Shown: positions 26,241-40,565, numbered from the stretch's first letter. The stretch is DNA of 64,000 nt from Eledone cirrhosa (GCA_964016885.1 OZ024740.1:236654001-236718000); one strand, 5' to 3'. The notes: generated by a model from the sequence alone, not told the origin. Numbers and translations are program-made.

Positions 26241-26605
26241 CTTAAGCATATATCATACGGATGATATATGCTTAAGTTGCTTGAGAAAATTATTTATAAG
26301 CAATTTCATTGCAGGAAGTCCTTGAGAGATCATAAGAATTGATAGGAAGAATTTGTTACCAAGGTGACATCATCATTGGTATTGCCAGAGTTGTTGATAT
26401 TTTAGTCAATGAAGAAGTTTAATGGTTGCAAGGAATTAAGAGAAAATCTGTTGCTTTGTAATGTAGCTCTTTCTTCAGATAATGGAATACAATAGATATG
26501 AGAACTGTCTGGGAGTGAAGCAAAAAGGAGGAAAATGCTATGCAATAGTAGTTGTTTTTGTTGTTGTTTAACTTCAAATCAGACTTGATCTAAAACATCC
26601 ATGAT

Positions 26606-26826
26606 TAACCCTTTAGCATTTGCATTACTCTGTATTTACTATTATATTTTCATGGTAAAGGCTTTATCTTACATAATTATCTGACATAGTATCGAATCTA
26701 TGAGATTTTGATATTATTTATTTTGAGAACAATACCTTAACATCAGTATGAGCGACCAGTTACGGCTGGTTTGAACAGAAAGAGGTGAGAGAATTCTGGC
26801 CAGATACGGCCGGTTTAAAGGGTTAA
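26606..26826. mobile_element. TTAA MITE family copy
   Basis: Similar to 24252-24452. Confidence 0.7.
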
Positions 26827-27559
26827 AGGCCATGACCAATGTGTGTCACTTTTTAGGATGACAGGTTATGGTTTGAGAAATATTTGGCTACTGTTTTTAG
26901 TAGGTCAAGTAACCACATAGAACATCCCTCATTGACTTATGTAACAGTAGTCTAAGCATAGATTTTAATAGCATCAAAGAAAACAAAAGAAATTATATTT
27001 TCTACAAAAATAGAAAATCTTAATATATATATTTTAATCATTGAGAGGAGAGCAAACTTTATCTTAATCTTTTTGATACAAAACTTAGTTTTAAAGATTT
27101 TATATTTTATTTATATTTATTTATATTTTATAAAAACTTCCATCACAATTTCATGTAAGAGCTAGTTTTATGCTCCAAACCCCAACTTAATACTGTAAAA
27201 GTTATTTATATTATTAAAACCCTCCAAATTCTGGCTCATTTAGAAAATTATTTGAAAATCATAAGCAGTGTATTTCATTCAAAATATGACAACAGAAGGA
27301 CTAAATAATAGAATTTAATGTAAAAGCATATCAAAGGAAATGTTTTTGTCTTAAGGTAGCCAGTTAAAGCTAAATGTAAAATAATTACTATGATGTCCAA
27401 CATTTAAAAGAAACAACTGGTATAAGGGATCATTTTTTTTTTAATGTTGTGTTATTTTTATTTTAATCAGTAGTTAATCAGTATCAGCCATTTTACCAGT
27501 TAATTGGTATCAGCATTCTTTTTTTTTGATGATTAATTGGTTTGATAATTGGCCATTAT

Positions 27560-30500
27560 TGTTTTTTTACTATTATTATTCCTCTACCATGCTGACTCTG
27601 TCTCTGTCTATTTTTCCATCAAAGGCTACAGGCCATGACTGGCTATTATTATTAATATTATTGTTGCTGTATTCTATCGGCTACTTTGCCATGCTGTATT
27701 CTATCAGTTCTATCGCCATGCTGTATTCTATCAGTTCTATCGCCATGCTGTATTCTATCAGTTCTATCGCCTTGACGGCGACCCTCTCTCTACCTCACAA
27801 TTTCCCTCCCACCCACCATAGCCTATTCGACCAATCAAACCTCAGCATGCCATTTCTTCTGCTACTACTACCTAACTAACTCTCTCCTCCCCTGTCCCAG
27901 CCCAACACACCCTGCCATTATTCCACCACCACTGTTTTTCTAGCCCTGAATTTTCCTACCGTTATGGATGGATGAGCTGAGAATAAATTTGAGCAACTCT
28001 GAATTAATAGATGAAATATGAATCTGCGAGCTACCAAGCACCCATGTGAAGCGCCAATCCAGAGACCCTTCCCTACGAGTGTCGACAAATGCCCAAAACT
28101 CCGAGTTGGTACCATCAATGTAAGCACAATGAAAGGAAGAGCAGGAGAAATCGTAGAAATGCTAGAGCGAAAGGAAATTGATGTATGCTGTGTGCAAGAG
28201 ACTAGATGGAGAGGAGAGTCTGCTAGAGTCCTTGTAGGAAAAAGTCGGTGCTACAAATTTTTCTGGGTGGGAAATGACGATGGGATGGGTGGTGTAGGTA
28301 TACTACTAGCTGACAAGTGGGTAGATAAAGTAATCTCAGTGTACAGGGTAAATGCAAGAATCATTAAACTCAGACTAGTCCTGAATAAAACAAATACCAC
28401 AATAATATCAGCTTACGCACCCCAATCGGGGTTGCCAGACGAACTTAAGGATAGGTTTTATGAGTCCCTAATGCACACTACTGCTCTAACAAACGACAAT
28501 GACTTCCTAATCATCGCAGGAGATTTTAACGGACATGTAGGTAAACACTGCAACGGCTTCAATAGAGTCCATGGAGGCCATGGGGTTGGCACAAGAAATG
28601 AGGAAGGATTCAGACTTCTAGAATTCTGCGACGCCAATGACATGTCGATATGTAACACAAACTTCAAAAAACCCGACAACCACCTGATTACCTATAGATC
28701 AGGGGAGCATTCTAGTCAGATAGATTTTATCCTCATCAGAGGACGTGACAGATGGACGGTTGTAAACACAAAAGCCTTCCCTAGTGAGGAATGTACACCC
28801 CAACATAGCTTAGTTGTCAGCGACCTCACAGTCAGAACTAGACGAACCTGGAAACAGAGGCCTGGAGAAGAAAGATCTGGAAGCAGAAAGACCCCTCAAC
28901 CAGTAACAGATTTAAAGATATTTTACTCAACGCCTAAAGAAGAACAAATAGAGACTTCAATGTAGAAGAGCACTGGAAGTTCCTAAAAAAATAACTTACT
29001 AAAGGCGACTGATGAGATCTGTGGCTGGAGTATGACCACAGGGCAGAGGAGAGTGACTTGGTGGTGGAACAATAAGGTAGATGAGGCAATTAAGGCTAAG
29101 AGACAGGCATGGAAAGAATGGAAGAATGGGGGGAGCAGGGTACATTACATAGAGACCAAGAGGGAAGCTAGGTGACAAGTATACTTAGCTAGGAGGGAAG
29201 CAGAGGATAGAAAATTCAAGCATGTTTTGCAACGTCAGGACCAGAAACAGGAGGTGTTCAAGATTGCGAGGCAGTGTGTCAGAGAGAATTGTGATGTCAT
29301 TGGAGAGAAGTGTATCCGGAATGATAAAGGTGAGCTTGCCCTCACAAGTGCTGAGAAGAAAGATGCATGGAAGAGTCATTATGATAGATTACTACATGAG
29401 GAGAATGCATGGGAAGAAGAGACCCTACCCCAAGTAGACCCTATAGAGGGGCCAGCAGTATAAGTCAGCAACAGCGTAGTAAGTAAGGCAATCAAAGATA
29501 TGAAGATGGAGAAGGCAACCGGTCCATGCTGAAGGCATCTGGGTCTGTAGGTCACACTATAACCACACGTATTGTTAACCAGGTAATACTAGAAGGTGTC
29601 ATACCAAAAGATTGGTGCAGTAGCATCATTGTCAACTGCTACAAAGGTAAAGGTGATGCACTAGATAGAGGAAACTATAGAGGTATAAAGCTGATGGACC
29701 AGGTCATGAAAGTAACAGAAAGAGTTATAGCACAGTTGATTAGGGACCGGGTGAAACTAGACGAGATGCAATTTGGGTTTGTACCAGGAAGAGGCACCAC
29801 TGATGCCCTCTTCCTTGTGAGGGAGTTACAGGAAAAGTACCTAGCTAAAAGTAAGCCACTCTACCTGGCATTCGTCAATCTTGAGAAAGCCTTTGACAGA
29901 GTTCCACGTACTGTAATCTGGTGGGCTCTTAGAAAACTAGGAGTAGATGAATGACTTGTGAAAGTGGTACAAGCCATGTATAGGGGAGCAGTCAGCAAAG
30001 TTAGGATTAGCAATGAGTATAGCGAGGAATTTAGCGTACAGGTTGGGGTCCACCAGGGCTCTGTTCTTAGCCCCCTCCTGTTCATCATAGTCCTGCAGGC
30101 AATAACGGAGGAGTTTAAGACCGGATGCCCATGGGAACTCCTGTATGCTGATGACCTCTCACTTATAGCTGAATCTATGGTAGAACTAGAGAAGAAATTC
30201 CAAACTTGGAAGCAGGGACTAGAAAGAAAGGGTCTCAAAGTCAACATGACAAAGACTAAGGTCCTTGTAAGTAGACGAGAAAACAGAACCCAGATCCCCT
30301 CAGGAAAATGGCCTTGCTCAGTATGTAGGAAAGGTGTAGGTAGGAACTCCATTCTCTGCCCCAAATGCAAACAATGGGTACACAAGAGATGTAGCGGGAT
30401 CTCAAGAAGCTTAATTAAGAATGTAGGCTTCACATGCAGCAGCTGTGCTGGGACAGCAAGCAGCAAACAGCCACAGAAAACAAGTACCACCAATCTCTGG

Positions 30501-31410
30501 GAGGGCTCTGTAGAAACAGTAGACAGCTTCTGCTACCTAGGTGACCGAATTAGCAGCAGAGGTGGGTGTTCAGAAAGTACAATAACTAGGGTAAGAACAG
30601 GATGGAAGAAGTTTAGGGAACTACTACCACTGCTAGCTGCAAAAGGCTTCTCCCTCAAAATGAAAGGCAGACTGTATGATGCGTGTATCCGAACAGCGAT
30701 GTTGCATGGTAATGAGACCTGGGCGCTGAAGGTGGAAGACTTACGTAGATTAGAGAGAAACGAAGCCTGCATGCTCCGATGGATGTGTAATAGTAATATA
30801 CGCGAACGACAAAGCATAAATGAATTGAGAGAGAGACTGAGCATAAGAGGAATCAAATGCTGTGTGCAGGAGAGGCGGTTGCGTTGGTTTGGACATGTGA
30901 TGCGTATGAAGGATGACAGCTGCATAAAAAGGTGCAGAGCACTAGAAGTCGATGGAAACCGCGGAGTGGGGAGACCCAAGATGACCTGGGATGAGGTGAT
31001 AAAAGCCGACCTTACCCAATTACACCTCTCAAAGGCGATGACACACGACCGTGACCTCTGGCGTCACGCAGTAATACAGAGTACCCAACCTGCCATGGGT
31101 ACAAGCTGAAGCATATAGACAATATGCCCCCCCCCCCCCCACTGCAAGGTGGTCGTGGAGGTGCCACGGCAAAAAAGCACCCAGCCCACACTGTAAAGTG
31201 GACGTGTAGGGGCCACGAAAAAGCACCCAGCACTCACTGTAAATGAGGTTGGTGTTTGGAAGGGCATCCAGCTGTAGAAATCAAACTAAATCAGTTCCTG
31301 TATGAGCAAGGCATGGTCAGCCGACCAGACACTGCCCACAACAGGACAACCCGTCTAACCCATGCTAGCGTGGAAGAACGGACGTAAAACGGTGATGATG
31401 ATGATGATGA
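27560..31410 (+). mobile_element. Near full-length RTE-clade LINE (family B), APE + RT + PHD, several frameshifts and stops
   Basis: ORFs 28018..28965, 29227..29463, 29526..29954 and 29958..31109; 27-bp tandem repeats in the 5' UTR; (GAT)n tail. The 5' boundary is approximate. Confidence 0.93.
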
Positions 31411-31967
31411 GGCATGTGTACTGGAGCAAGAAAACCATGAGTGGTAGAGAAATTCAGAAAACACATTGAATTCAACATGTATAAATACATAAAAATAATT
31501 ATTTCCTAGGACAGATAATCTAAACACACCAGTGTAATATAACTCTGTTTCTAGAGCTCTAACACAATGTTCTACACAAGTGGAAATTACTTGGAGCTAC
31601 CCAGAGGTCTAACTCCATGTAGGTTAAAGGGTGTCAAAGTAGAAGAGAAACACTCCTAGCCACCTTAATCGATCTTTTAAAAAGGAATTAATTTTTAAAT
31701 TATAAAGATTCTGATTAAACTTTTTTTTTAAGGTGTATACAAATTATCCACAAATAATGATTCCTTTTTATTTTAAATTACTCGAATAAAAACACAAAAT
31801 TTAATGATCAAATTTTAAAATTTGTAAATCCTTTATGTAAAAACAATATTTCTCCATTTTCAGAGCATAGCCAATTTTTTGCATACTAGTATATGTTAGC
31901 TCTTACAGTAAAATCAGCCTAATTTTGTCATCATGTGCTCTCAAATAGTAGCTTCATAATTGTGAAT

Positions 31968-32150
31968 TGGCAGTATCAGTAGAGGGTTGGACGCCATGCT
32001 TTCTAGCATAGTTACGTCCCTTTACGGTTTGAATTTAAATCCCGTCGAGGTTAACTTCGCCTGTCATCCTTACGGGGTCGATAAAATAAAGTACCAGTAA
32101 TGTACTGGGTAATTGCTGGCCTTGTGCCAAAAGTAGAAACAATTATTATA
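31968..32150 (+). mobile_element. tRNA-derived SINE
   Basis: Close match to 23800-23987. Confidence 0.8.
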
Positions 32151-33055
32151 TATTACTTACAATTAATCATAATACGCATATTCATATTACAGTACATAAT
32201 TACATTTTAGATAATAGGCAGTTGATTAGTCAAGGCTGATTAATCAGTACTCGGTGACTTTACTTATTGGTATTGGTGCATCCCTAATTTTAATCATAAA
32301 ATATTTATTGTGATTCTTTAATACATTTACTTTTTGTGAGGCCGAATGCTCCAATGCTTTTAAGTCAGATATAAGGTCTTTTCTTTCAAGTATTAGTTTG
32401 TGTACCAGTATCACAAGTACTTTGCACAAACAGTTGAAAGCATCATTTTGTTATGTATGTATGATCCCTTTATAACACATACTCCAAAACTTACATATTC
32501 ATCAATCCAGCATTCATCAATCAATGCCTTCGATGCCCAGTCAAGTTCTCACCAAACATATAACTATAATAATATTCATGAAATTAGAGAAAGAAAAATA
32601 CTTGGAATAGGTCAATAGAGAAGTAGAGAATGTCATTAATAAATATACCATTAGGGCAACCACAGTAATAACAGTAGAATAGTCACTAAGCAGACACAGT
32701 AGAATAATTACTAAGCAGAAACAGTCTACAATTATTATAACTCTTGATTAAGAAGAAAAAAAAGACAAAGCTGTATCTCAGTATATTATATAAAACCTGG
32801 ACCATGTTTCAAATTTCTACAATAGGATATATTATTCTGTGATAAAAAAAGTATAATAAACTACTTATTTTTATATATTTGTTTCAATGTATTGCTACAA
32901 AATCTGAACATGTTTGTGATCTTTAAAGAAATTGTAAAAAAAACACTTTATTCTATGTTTATGTAACTAAACAATAACAGCCAATTAGTATAAAATATAT
33001 CAATTGTCATTAGATCAACAAAGTTATTTCTTTAATAGTTAAGTTAAACTACACT

Positions 33056-33264
33056 TAACCCTTTATGTCTGGCCAGAATTCTCTCACCTCTTTCTATTCA
33101 AACCGGCTATAACTGACCGCTCATACTGATGTTAAGGTATTGTTCTCAAAATAAATATCAAAATCTCATAGATTCAATATTATGTGAGATTATTGTGTGA
33201 GATAAAGCCTTTACCACAAAAATACAATAGTAAATAAAGAGTAATGTAAATGCTAAACGGTTAA
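33056..33264. mobile_element. TTAA MITE family copy (inverted)
   Basis: Reverse complement of 26606-26826. Confidence 0.7.
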
Positions 33265-33457
33265 TCCATGCTTAAATTCAGTCACCTTACTCAGAATATA
33301 CCAACAATGAATAAAATATTAATAATATATAATTCAGAAAGAATGAAAAAAAAGAAATGAATTAGTAAAATGCAGCATCAACATAGATGAGTACATTTAA
33401 ACAATTTGAGCAATCAGTATTACATTAAGAAAATGTTATATAAGACATATTATTTAC

Positions 33458-33587
33458 CTGTTAACATTCCGGAATAAGCAGTATTTAAAGTATGGAGAGC
33501 TATCAAATCTTGACTAATACCATTTTTTTCATTTAATGATCGGAAATTATTCATTTTCCGGTTTTGTCTTTTCTTTTCAAAATATTC
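33458..33587 (-). CDS. REDIC1: REDIC1-like coding exon 2: EYFEKKRQNRKMNNFRSLNEKNGISQDLIALHTLNTAYSGMLT
   Basis: Acceptor TTTATAACAG, donor G|GTAAAT, 130 nt, phase 0 in / phase 1 out; continues the DUF4552-like EYFEK...S.Dl..L motif. Confidence 0.82.
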
Positions 33588-33824
33588 CTGTTATAAATAT
33601 AACACAAAAGACAAAATTGTCAAATAAAGATAGAGGGTGTTATCAGAAAGATTCTGAACTGTACAAGCTCTGATTATACTGATCAAAAGAATTGTGTATG
33701 TAGCAGAGGATCATTAGTAGCCAGCCTAAGTCAGTTTACAAATAGGCTTCAATCTATCTAATTGTGTTCAGTTATTGTGTGAGGTTTTGTAACATTGTTC
33801 TAGAATGGTTCTGTGATGTTTATA

Positions 33825-34165
33825 ATGACAGACAATTTGAGCAATGTGCCTACATCAAATTTTGCCTGAACCATAGCAAATCTGCTACCAAGTTCATCAA
33901 AATGCTTTGGACTTTTGGTGAACATTGTTTAGGTTGAACACAAGTTTTCAAGTCCCATACATATTTCAAAGCCAATCAAATGTTAATTCAAGATAATGAG
34001 CATTCAGAGTAACCAATCACTAACAAAACACAAGGAAATGTGGAATAAATTTGCTATGAGATCTATCACTGAACAATCCATCAGCTCTCTCTTAAATTGA
34101 AATCAGTTATGGAGGCTACTAGGAGATTCTCACAGAAAACTTGAGTATGTATCATATTGCTGATT
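33825..34165 (+). mobile_element. Decayed mariner-type transposase N-terminal (HTH) fragment
   Basis: Translates to EQCAYIKFCLNHSKSATKFIKML...QVF...FK...IQDNEHS, resembling mariner EQR..IKFC..LGK.A.E...EDD.RSGRP. Confidence 0.6.
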
Positions 34166-36759
34166 CCAATCATATGAGAGAACTGATGGTTACAGTCCTC
34201 ATCAATGAACTTGTACACCTTCATAAAGATCAGTCATTCTAGCAATGTTACAAAGCCTCATGAAAAAAGTGAATGCAAGTAGATAGCATGACACCTAATG
34301 TAGACTGGCTGCTAATGATTGTCAGCTGTGCTCACATTTCTAATAACAGAACTATCACAGCACATGCAATCTGGAAACCTGATAACACATTATTGACAAG
34401 TAGATCAACCTAACATTTAAAATCTATAAATTAAGAAAGTTTTCAGCAAGTTTCTCAATAAATTATATTTTAAATAATATTTCCTAAACTAATGGCTGTT
34501 AGCAACATCTTTATTTTATTAGATAGAAAAAGGAAAAGGATATAGAATGAAACCAAGAGAGAAACAAAGAATAGAAGAGAGAAATAGAAAGAATACAAGA
34601 GAGTTGAAGATCAGAAAATTACATTTGTTTACCCTTCCTTCCTCAATAGTCTGCTTTTTCTCTCTCACTCACCCACTCTATTAGAATGTTCACTCTTTTT
34701 ATAAATCTTTGCTGTTTTATGGGAGTGGGTATTGGATTTGGAAAACTTTTATTTATGGAATAGTCTGAGATGATTCAATGAGAAATGGCACCGTTTCAAA
34801 ACAAAAAGACAAACTTTCACTCTTATCATATAGATAAATGTGCATATGCGTTTGTGTGCAAGAGAGCTGATGTATTTGTAGCGAAATCTCTTCACACATA
34901 CTGACCCCCAAATGACATCTGGCTGTTATTTCTCTTTATCTCAATTGGCGTCGTTTGTCTGGAGTGGCTGGTTAGCCTGAGGTGAGGTGAGATAAGCTTT
35001 TCTTTGTCTCAGTCAACAGTGATAACTCAGGAGAGAAACATCACTTCGACCTGCTCAAGCAAATAGTGAGATATAGTGCTTAGCAAAACGTTATGGCAGT
35101 GTCAACAAGGGCCCAACAGCAATTCTTCCATCAACACTTCAACCACAACACAGCTTCCTTACACTGCATACTTACTACTACCTGCTGGTATGTTCATTTT
35201 GAAACAACTTATGTTGTAATCAAGCATAGTATAATAAAGACATTTTCTTTTTTCTTTTAACTGAAGAGAAGTAAAGTTCTATACCTAACCAACATTATTG
35301 TATTTGTCATGTTTATCATCCTCTTTCATAGCAATCACTAACTTCACTTTATATTCATTCCTCTGTCACTTCCCTAAGTTTACTCTGATGTTCAGCATAA
35401 GAATATTACTGAATTTCACTTAAAGTACCCAACATAATTTGCAACACACACACACACACATTATATATATATATTTATTGAACCAATTTTTGTTAATATC
35501 TGTAAAATTAGATATCAATTAATATTTATTGCAATATTAGAATTAATTAAAAGTAATCAATATTAACACTCTAGATTTAATACAGCAATAAAATTTGATA
35601 TAGCTGGTAAATATGCGAAAACAATGAAATCATTGTTACTTTCAGAGACTATATCAAGTGCTAAATTATATTTCATTGCAGTATCTTAAACCATTATATT
35701 TGAAAGAATTTGATATCAAAAGTATTATAAATATAACAAAACAATTCACATGTTGAAGTATTTATGAAATAATTAAGAATAGATATGAAGTGTTGGAAAA
35801 TTATACAACTAAAATTCCATATGAGAATGACACCATTTTGCAAATCAATAGATGGTTGGCAATTCTTCTTCCAAATTCAATACAATTATCACCTGTAATG
35901 ATGTGTTGATGTTATATTAACTTTAAGTAGAAGGAATTGATGTTACACTGCACTAGAGAATATATTTATAAATGCTTTAACCCAATTTGAATGCATAGAC
36001 AAATTTAAACACCTTGTCTTTATAGTCAATATTTTCATTGTCAGAAAAAGAGGAATCAACTGGATTAGTCTGGTCAATCTCTAACAGAAGATATCCTATA
36101 ATGCATACTAGGTGTGATTACAATTATAAGAGAAGATGAAATTGATACATTTCAGAATTAGACGTTAGTTTAAGTATCTCATCCGCTTGCTAACGAATAG
36201 GCAAATATCACAATCAACTTTGTTACACATTGAAATATCATATATATATATATAAGTAAATTTGTTTTGAAACAGCGAGTGAAGTTTGAATTTTAGTAGA
36301 AATAGAAGTTTTTGCCATATTTTTGACAAAAGAAATTTTAGCTTGATAGTGGGGTTTAAAACCCTCTAAAAAATGGAAAGCATGAGTATTGACATACATG
36401 AGATCAAACCTACATCTTTAGTTATTCAGACCACTGTGCTACCATTACACCAGAACATCACTCATTGCATAGACATTACAATACAATGGGTGGTAACATA
36501 ATAGTACCACTGATTATGTCACATGTGTGTGATGAAAGAACTTTGATAGACTATTGATATATATTTATATTTATATTTTTAACTGTTGGTCAATCAATGA
36601 TAAACATTGATTTCCAGATAAATTAACTATAGGGATATAAAAGATACAGAAGCGAAAACCAATCCAAACCAAACAGTGTGTTTTATTATTATTTCTGGCA
36701 ATATTATAACAATATGACCCTCCCCAAATATAACAATATATATACATATAAAATCAAAT

Positions 36760-37615
36760 ACTCAGATGACTGGGTTGATGCCCTATCCATGGTTAACATT
36801 GGTGGCCTACTTAGCTTGGACGAGCTTTATGTCTCCATTGCCCTCAGAGTGGGAGCCAATGTCTGTATGGATCTGAAATGTCAGTGTGGTGGGCTCCTCA
36901 ACTTTACAGGCATTCACGGGTCTATCTTGTCGCCCGAATGCCGGTTGCTTCACGTGTCATACTCAGCTAAACCTCATCATCAAGAGAGCTTTGGCTCGAG
37001 CAAACATACCCTCAATTTTGGAACTGTCTGGGTTGTCCAGAATTGATGGGAAAAGGCCTGTCGGTCTCACCATGTGCCCCAAGATAAGTGGCAGGTGTCT
37101 TATCTGGGACATCACAGTTAGTGACTCTTTTGCTTCTTCCCATATCCTGGATGTTACGGTTAGGGTGAGAGTTAGTTTCCATAACCGAACAGAACAAAAT
37201 TCTGAAATACCAAGATCTGTAGGTTAACTACCTTTTCCAGCCTGTGGCATTCGAGACGTTTGGGGAAGTTGGGCCGCTGACGGCAAAGTTCTTGTCTTCA
37301 CTAGCGACTCGCCTAACAGAGGTAACTGGTAACACTCGTCAAGGCGCTTGGCTGTTCTAGTACGTGAGCCTCGCCATCACCCGAGGTAACGCTGCGAGCA
37401 TGCTGGCTTGCCTCAAAAATTATTAGAGAGGTTTTCCACTGTTCCTCGCGATATCATTATCTTTATTTCTGGCAGCGGTTCGTTTGTCCACCCCTTTCGC
37501 TTGCCTTTTGTATACGGTCCAAGATGTGTGTATTACCTGCTTGTGTTGTTTTTCCTTTCCCTTTTCTTTTATTTTTACTTTTTATTTGTATTCATTTTAC
37601 ATAATAAAGATTAGA
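36760..37615 (+). mobile_element. 3' fragment of a CRE-like non-LTR element (Zn finger + restriction-like endonuclease)
   Basis: CQCG, LSC...H..LN.IIKRAL, DGKRP, LIWDITVSD, FQPVAFETFG, AITRGNAAS; 3' UTR shared with 60010-60572. Confidence 0.75.
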
Positions 37616-38352
37616 ATCCCTTTATTTATTTATACTACAAACCTTAAGTTTCGATCGCAAAACCTAAAGATGACCAGATTATGATAAATAGAAAATCTAA
37701 ATATTTCCGATTAATTACTGTTTTAACAATTGTTAATTTTGAAACAAAATGACATGTTTTTAATCATTTCAGTTAGTAAAAAAGTTTGTAAATCCTTATT
37801 TTTTTGTTTTTTTGATTTGCAAGTTTTATAGGCAAAAATGGATAACCATTAGTTGATTATAATTTACAATTATTAGATATATTGTAAATTAATTCTTAGA
37901 AAGTAAGATGTATCATAGCTAACTAGCATCAAATATCTATGACTCTGTAGATAGAATTATCTAAATGTTCGATAAACCCAACATACAACGGCCGAGTCTC
38001 TATGTGGTCGCCTGACCTGCTAGAAATGGCAACAAAACTCTCCCCAAATGAATATCCTTTCGTCTTAAAAAAAGGAAGAGGACAATAGTCATAGATTTTA
38101 AAAAAATAGGAGCGCCTTTTATCATAGATAATCTTCATCGAGGCTGACCCAGAACTAAATAACAATAACCCGCACACTTCTTAGTGAAAATCAAAAAGCT
38201 TCTTATTGCCCAAATTACCAAAAATCATATTTTTGTTAAACATCTCAGCAATTTAACTTTATTATTCCAGCAAACTCATTAATGAGATCGATCGTTATAG
38301 TGGTCCATCGTTGATTTTTCACTTTGGTATGTAAAATGACAAAGTGACAATT

Positions 38353-38495
38353 TGGCAGAATCATTAGAACGTCGACTAGAATGCTTGGCGATATTCATTC
38401 TGCTCTCTGAGTTCAAATCCTGCCGCGATCAACTTTGCCTTTCATCCATTCGAGGTGAATAAAAAAAAGTATCAGTCAAGTACCGAGGTCGATTC
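38353..38495 (+). mobile_element. tRNA-derived SINE
   Basis: TGGCAGAATC, GAGTTCAAATCC, AACTTTGCCTTTCATCC. Confidence 0.75.
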
Positions 38496-39243
38496 TTTTT
38501 TTCATATTTCTTTTTCTTTTCCGTTCTCTCACTTTCTATCATGCTCTGAAAGAAATCTGCTGTGTTCAGATCTGGAGAGGATTGGGCTCTGTTAAGTTTA
38601 AAATGTCATAGAAACGCCGTGTGTCAATTCGGCGTCCCTACGACTCCCTCGGAAGTTACGGGACATTGCATGCATATAAAATGGCAGAGATGATAATAAA
38701 GAGATGATTAGTATTATATCTGAACAAAGATACAAATTTGTGAAGTGTTCCATATTTTTCTCTCTCCTCGTTTTTGTTCTTTGTTCTTTTTTATTCACAA
38801 TAAAAAAAAATCCTCAATTGAACATCTATAATTTGCAGGAGTTTTAGAAACAGGATTTAAACCATCTTATTAAATTTGAAAATGTGCAAAAAAAAAAAAA
38901 AAATGATTTAATAGGAATCATAAGTGAATAAATGAAAGGACCTGCTTTTTCGTTGTAAATCTTCTTTTGAATTTGTTTTTTAATCGATAAACTGAAAGAT
39001 TTTATTTTTTTTAATTTCATTCAGAATGATTTAATGGTGTTGGTTAGATTAGTGCGATTTGGTCGACAATAAAATGAAACTGAAATTAAACGAAAACCGT
39101 TAATGAAAATCAGCATAAAATCGTAGGTTATGTTTACGTTGATGGTACCATTGTTTAGAACTTTGTAGACCTCCAACGACCCCAACATACATGGAATTGG
39201 GAAAGAAAAAACTCAAGATTCATCGAAAAAAGAAAAAAAAATC

Positions 39244-40041
39244 GGCATTCCTTACTATTAGCGGTGTCAAGAATGAAAGTAAATTTATTTTCATTTTCGA
39301 ACGTCGTGAAAATGAAAATAAATTTATTTTCATTTTCGATTGTTTATCTCATAACAAAAATGCCTGGTCGAGTATATGGTCGCACTACGTTAGCTGATGA
39401 TATTGGATGCAAATGACAAATTCAGTCAATCGGTGCGACGGAATTCTTTTTTTGAACGAAGCCATGTGCGACTGGATCACCTTATTGGTATTATATACAT
39501 GTGGTGCTATGATCACACACAAGTTGAGATGATTAGAGAAACGGGAGTCTCCGAACGGACTGGTGCAATTTCATTAGACAAATTTGTGAGCAGTATTTGG
39601 AGGAAAATCCTAAAGAACTTGGAGAATTCGATGACAATGGTGAGTCCATCATTGTCGAGATAGACGAATCGAAATACTTCCATAGAAAGTATCATCGTGG
39701 CCTGTGGATACAAGGTCACTGGGTCTTCGGCGCTGTTGAACGCGATTCTGGACGCTGTTGCCTTGTAGAAGTCCCAAATCGAAGCCGTTACACTCTCGTC
39801 CCCATCATTCAGCAGTGGATTTTGTCAGGCAGCCGCATCATCTCCGATTTTTTTTCAACACACACAACATGAAAAACAATCAAGTTATTTTGGGGTTTAA
39901 TGAAAATAAATAATCGAAATGAAAATAAATTTACTTTCATTATCCGCGACGTTTCGTTTAAACACACAAAATGTAAATAAACTATCGAAAATGAAAATAA
40001 ATTTACTTTCATTCTTGACACCGCTAATAGTAAGGAACGCC
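39244..40041 (+). mobile_element. Merlin (IS1595/ISXO2-like) DNA transposon, internally deleted
   Basis: TIRs of about 57 bp starting GGCATTCCTTACTATTAGCGGTGTCAAG; 8-bp TSD AAAAAATC / AAAAATTC; transposase IVEIDESK...WVFGAVER...IISD. Confidence 0.88.
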
Positions 40042-40502
40042 AAAAATTCACCCCAACATGACTCCAGCCTGTCGGCTGGAATACGTAATTCGGAATTTGA
40101 CGAAAAATCGGGTACCTTTCAGATTCAACCAGTTTCCTATTATTGCCTATACCAATGTTGATATATTTGTTTTTTCGACACCTAGCTACTCCTTGACAAT
40201 ATACTGTCAATTGCTGCCTACTACTAAATTAGCTTAAGGCTCCGATAAACCTGTACGATTCTTGTAGTTCCATTTTATTGTGTTGTAGTGACCCATCGAA
40301 ATCACAATAGTCATAAAAACCACTGTACTGATACATCAAAACCACTCTACTAGACAATCAAGATACTATAAAGTTCCATCAATATCATTGTACAGACCAA
40401 TAAATAATACATTCTCCATGAAATCGTCTCTAAAAATGGCTTCTTCATCTCTTTCAAATAAAATTCATTTATCATTTTCACCTGTTGATAAAATAATCTT
40501 AC

Positions 40503-40565
40503 CTTCTGAACTTTTTTCACGGTCCGAAGACCGATTCTGTTCCTGGAACCACCGACCCAATTCAT
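40503..40565 (-). CDS. REDIC1: REDIC1/C12orf40 (DUF4552)-like gene, first coding exon: MNWVGGSRNRIGLRTVKKVQK
   Basis: ATG at 40565; donor AAG|GTAAGA at 40502; acceptor-like TTGTCCTTCACAG just upstream of the ATG. MNWVGGSR...QK-EYFEK is recognised from memory as the C12orf40/REDIC1 N-terminus. Confidence 0.82.
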
